A stretch of DNA of 64,000 bases. It comes from Deltaproteobacteria bacterium (GTDB taxonomy: Bacteria > Myxococcota > Kuafuiibacteriia > Kuafuiibacteriales > Kuafuiibacteriaceae). Where the stretch lies: NCBI GenBank assembly GCA_040218735.1, contig JAVJQW010000049.1, positions 160,001-224,000 on the forward strand. The letters run 5' to 3'. A model generated the notes under the pieces. The model searched no databases and had not been told where the DNA came from. It worked only from the letters and a program-made list of their open reading frames with translations. Every line of letters begins with the position of its first letter. The stretch's first letter is position 1. Of the stretch, positions 60,875 through 64,000 are shown in pieces. The translations under genes and the position numbers were made by a program.

Positions 60875-62842
60875 ATGCGAAATGCTTGGTTGATTGCAGC
60901 AGGGGTCGTGGCGGCGGCGGGTTGGACGCGGGCCGCCGAGGCCCAAAAACCCACGATCGTGCCGGACCCGCTCCCCGAGGCGTCGAAGCGCCTCAACATC
61001 GCGGAGATCGAGGCCAACGCGCGTATCCCCCTGTCGTGGATCGCGACGTTCAACGCGGGTGTCATCCCGGGGACGGGCGAGAGTTACTCGTACCAGCTCA
61101 CGTACGACAACTTCGTGACCGCAGAGCGGGCGGAGCTTCGGCTGATCACGGTCGAGGACGTGGAGTTCGGCGCCGAGGCCGAGGACCGCCAGGACAACGG
61201 CGCGCGCGTCACCGTGTACGTGCTGCCGCAGGATCTCGTCGCGGGGTTCGACCGCGAGGACGCTTCGGACCTCCCGCCGCCGCTCGGCACGGGCGCCGAC
61301 AACATGGAGCGCGAGGTCTTCTTGAAGGTCTACGCGGACGCGGACGAGACCGACGAGTTCCGGTACCAGACCTTCACGTGGCAGTTCGAGTACGACACGC
61401 GGCCGCCGCCGCAGCCGACCGTGACCAAGGTCGAGCCCGGCGAGAACCGCCTTCAGCTTTCGTGGGAGATCTCGGACGACGCCGACGTCGCGACCTACAA
61501 CATCGTCTACTGCCCGGACATCAGCGCGCTCGACGTCGACGAGGAGATGCTGATGGCCGACACCGCCACGACCGGCGGGGTGCTCCCGTGCGCGCAGCCG
61601 ACGGTCGGCGGGACGATCGACGGGATGTTCGGCAGCGCAGGCGTTCAGGCGGGCCTCGCGGTCGGCGTGAAGGCCGCGCTCGCGGTGCGCGCGGTGGACG
61701 AGGCCGGCAACGTCGGACCGCTGTCGAACGTGGTGATCGCCGAGCCGGTGCCGGTGAGTGACTTCTGGGAGCTGTACAAGGAGAGCGGCGGCGCCGAGGA
61801 GGGTGGCTTCTGCTTCATCGCGACCGCGGCGCACGGCTCGTACGCGCACCCCGCGGTGCAGGTGCTGCGCTGGTTCCGGGACGCGGTGTTGATCCCGGCG
61901 CCGGGCGGGCGCGCGATCGTCGACACGTACTACCGCTGGTCGCCGCCGATGGCGCGCCGAGTCGCGGCCGACGAGGATCTCGCGGCGGCGACGCGCGTCG
62001 CGCTGGTGTTCGGCGTGCTGCTCGCGCTCGCGGCGCTCGCGATGCTCGGCTTCGGCGCTGGGTTCGTGGTGGTGGCCGTCGCGCGGCGCGTGAAGCTCGC
62101 GTGGGCGGCGGCGCTGCTCGTGCTGCTGATCGGATCCACCGCGGAGGCCCGACGCCCGGACTCGACGATCGAGTCGTTCGGGCTCGGCTACGAGTTCAAG
62201 GGCGGGCCGTACCTGCCGGACCTCGGCAACACCGGCGGCGGGACCGAGGGCAACACGGCCTTCCAGGACATCTTCGAGTCGAACCCCAATGAGTTGTTCA
62301 CGATCGGCCTCGACGTACAGCTCTACCGCGGCATCGGCACGGCGGGGGTGGGCGCGAGCTTCGGCTTCATGCAGTTCGTCGGGCGCGGGCGTTACGCGAG
62401 CGGCGAGAACGTGGGGGAGATCGCGCAGGACACCACGGTCTTCAACATCGCGCCGCTGACGCTCACCGGCTTCTATCGCTTCGACTGGTTGGCCGACCAG
62501 ATACCGCTTCCGTTCGTGCCGTACGTGAAGGGCGGGCTCGCCTACTACGTCTGGTGGGTGACCACCGGGACGGGCGACGTCGCGCGCTTCGAGCAGCCGG
62601 GCAACGGCGCGGACGACCTCGCGGGGCGCGGCGGCAAGTTCGGCCTCACGGGGACGGTGGGCATGGCGATCATGCTGAACGTGTTCGAGCCGGCGTCGGC
62701 GCAGAGCCTCCACGCGGCCACCGGCGTGCGCGGGACGTACCTGTTCGGCGAGCTGCAGGCGAACAAGATCGATGGGTTCGGCTCGGCCGGGTTCGACTTG
62801 TCGGACGTGACCTGGAACATCGGTCTGTACCTCGAAATGTAG
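60875..62842 (+). CDS. Fusion: secreted FN3-like protein + CFI-box-CTERM + MXAN_2562-like outer-membrane beta-barrel
   Basis: Signal peptide (AAEA), DTRPPPQP/AVRAVDEAGN FN3-like segment, DFWELYKESGG..GGFCFIATAAHGS, hydrophobic segments, then alternating beta-strand region ending WNIGLYLEM. Confidence 0.8.
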   Translation: MRNAWLIAAGVVAAAGWTRAAEAQKPTIVPDPLPEASKRLNIAEIEANARIPLSWIATFNAGVIPGTGESYSYQLTYDNFVTAERAELRLITVEDVEFGAEAEDRQDNGARVTVYVLPQDLVAGFDREDASDLPPPLGTGADNMEREVFLKVYADADETDEFRYQTFTWQFEYDTRPPPQPTVTKVEPGENRLQLSWEISDDADVATYNIVYCPDISALDVDEEMLMADTATTGGVLPCAQPTVGGTIDGMFGSAGVQAGLAVGVKAALAVRAVDEAGNVGPLSNVVIAEPVPVSDFWELYKESGGAEEGGFCFIATAAHGSYAHPAVQVLRWFRDAVLIPAPGGRAIVDTYYRWSPPMARRVAADEDLAAATRVALVFGVLLALAALAMLGFGAGFVVVAVARRVKLAWAAALLVLLIGSTAEARRPDSTIESFGLGYEFKGGPYLPDLGNTGGGTEGNTAFQDIFESNPNELFTIGLDVQLYRGIGTAGVGASFGFMQFVGRGRYASGENVGEIAQDTTVFNIAPLTLTGFYRFDWLADQIPLPFVPYVKGGLAYYVWWVTTGTGDVARFEQPGNGADDLAGRGGKFGLTGTVGMAIMLNVFEPASAQSLHAATGVRGTYLFGELQANKIDGFGSAGFDLSDVTWNIGLYLEM

Positions 62843-63651
62843 TGCGGACGATTCGACTGATCGTCGAGTACGACGGGACGGCCTTCGCGGGCTGGCAGAT
62901 CCAAAAGGGGCACAAGGCACCGACGGTGCAGGGTGCGCTCGAACGTGCGATTTCGAAGATGACGCAGACGCCGGTGAGCGTACGCGGCGCTTCGCGGACC
63001 GACGCGGGGGTGCACGCACGCGGGCAGGTCGCGGTGTTCAAGACCGACAAGGACATCCCGTGCATCGGGTTCGAGCGGGGCCTCGGGCAGTTCATGCCGC
63101 GGGGGATCTCGATCCGGCGTGCGGAGGAGGTCGAGGACGGCTGGGACCCGCGACGTACGTCGCGCGGGAAGCGGTACCGCTACACCTACTGGAACGATCG
63201 CACGCCGAGCGCGCTGGAGCGTGACCGGGCGTGGTGGGTGAAGGTCGGGCGCCTCGAGGTCGCGCCGATGCACGAGGCGGCGCAGGTGTTCCTCGGGACG
63301 CACGACTTCGAGGCGTTCCGCAGCGCGGGCTGCTCGGCGCGGCACGCGGTGCGGACGATGTACTCGGCGCGGGTGTTCGAGGGGGAGCACGAGCGGGTGA
63401 TCTTCGAGATCGTCGGGAACGCGTTCGTGCGGAACATGGTGCGGATCATGGCTGGGAACCTGTGCGACGTGGGGCTCGGGCGCATGACGAAGGACCAGCT
63501 CGTCGACGTGCTCGCTTCGAAGGATCGCACGCGCGGTGGGATGACGGCGCCGCCGCACGGGCTGTGCCTGGAGGAGGTCATCTACGACGACCGCCTGCCG
63601 CCGCGTCCGAAGGACGGCGTGGACCTGACCGAGGCGGATGCGGGAGAGTAG
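62842..63651 (+). CDS. truA: tRNA pseudouridine(38-40) synthase
   Basis: EYDGTAFAGWQ, SRTDAGVHARGQ, GTHDFEAF, GNAFVRNMVR, TAPPHGL. GTG start at 62842. Confidence 0.97.
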   Translation: MRTIRLIVEYDGTAFAGWQIQKGHKAPTVQGALERAISKMTQTPVSVRGASRTDAGVHARGQVAVFKTDKDIPCIGFERGLGQFMPRGISIRRAEEVEDGWDPRRTSRGKRYRYTYWNDRTPSALERDRAWWVKVGRLEVAPMHEAAQVFLGTHDFEAFRSAGCSARHAVRTMYSARVFEGEHERVIFEIVGNAFVRNMVRIMAGNLCDVGLGRMTKDQLVDVLASKDRTRGGMTAPPHGLCLEEVIYDDRLPPRPKDGVDLTEADAGE

Positions 63652-63654
63652 GGC

Positions 63655-64000
63655 GTGCGCGCGGTCTTCAACGCGTTGGTCCTCGGGGTCCTGACCGGGT
63701 TCTGGTCGGCGGTGGCCATCCTGGCCGTGCCGTTCATGCGGTGGGGTTCGACGACCTGGGTGGCGCAGACCTGGTCGAAGCAGGTGACCTGGCTGTGCAG
63801 CGTGGACGTGACGCTCGAGGGCGAGGTGCCGACTACGGGGTCCTACGTGGTGCTGGCGAACCACACGAGCCACTTCGACGTGCTGTCGCTGTACTCGAAG
63901 ATCCGCCTCGACATGCGGCCGGTGGCGAAGCGCGAGCTGGGGTTCATCCCGCTGTTCGGCTGGGTGCTGGCGCTGGGGGCGGCGATCATGATCGACCGCA
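63655..64000 (+). CDS. Lysophospholipid acyltransferase (PlsC-like), partial
   Basis: NHTSHFD motif I and VAKRELGFIPLFG; runs off the window end. Confidence 0.9.
   Translation, partial: MRAVFNALVLGVLTGFWSAVAILAVPFMRWGSTTWVAQTWSKQVTWLCSVDVTLEGEVPTTGSYVVLANHTSHFDVLSLYSKIRLDMRPVAKRELGFIPLFGWVLALGAAIMIDR

Overview
High-GC bacterial chromosome segment. Gene content (eukaryote-like Ser/Thr kinase with RDAG repeats, MglA-family GTPase, MXAN_2562-like beta-barrel, no dxr at its usual site) points to Myxococcota, and the complete Na+-NQR operon suggests a marine or saline lifestyle (both inferences). Bases 1-7855 are the end of a defence island: a type I R-M operon (hsdM-hsdS-[NucS-like/DUF5655 nuclease]-hsdR, hsdR truncated by the window edge) and, divergently, a 309-aa unknown protein with an antitoxin-like tail coupled to a PIN toxin. 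The rest is mostly housekeeping and signalling: prkA, STPK, nqrA-F/apbE/nqrM, DUF444, astA, glnD, ppk1, dinG, lon, pyrD, pyrH-frr-uppS-cdsA-rseP-tsaB, truA. The most unusual items are (1) a single 655-aa ORF that looks like a polyprotein (secreted FN3-like protein + CFI-box sorting signal + internal signal peptide + outer-membrane beta-barrel), (2) the large antitoxin-tailed protein/PIN pair beside the R-M system, (3) a 330-bp non-coding element with ~35-bp terminal inverted repeats enclosing two 89-bp hairpin-rich repeats, (4) the nuclease inserted between hsdS and hsdR, and (5) a PNPOx/GAF/wHTH sensor cassette next to a dihaem cytochrome c. No tRNA, rRNA, CRISPR array, transposase or integrase was recognised. 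All family calls come from motif recognition by eye; no database searches were run.
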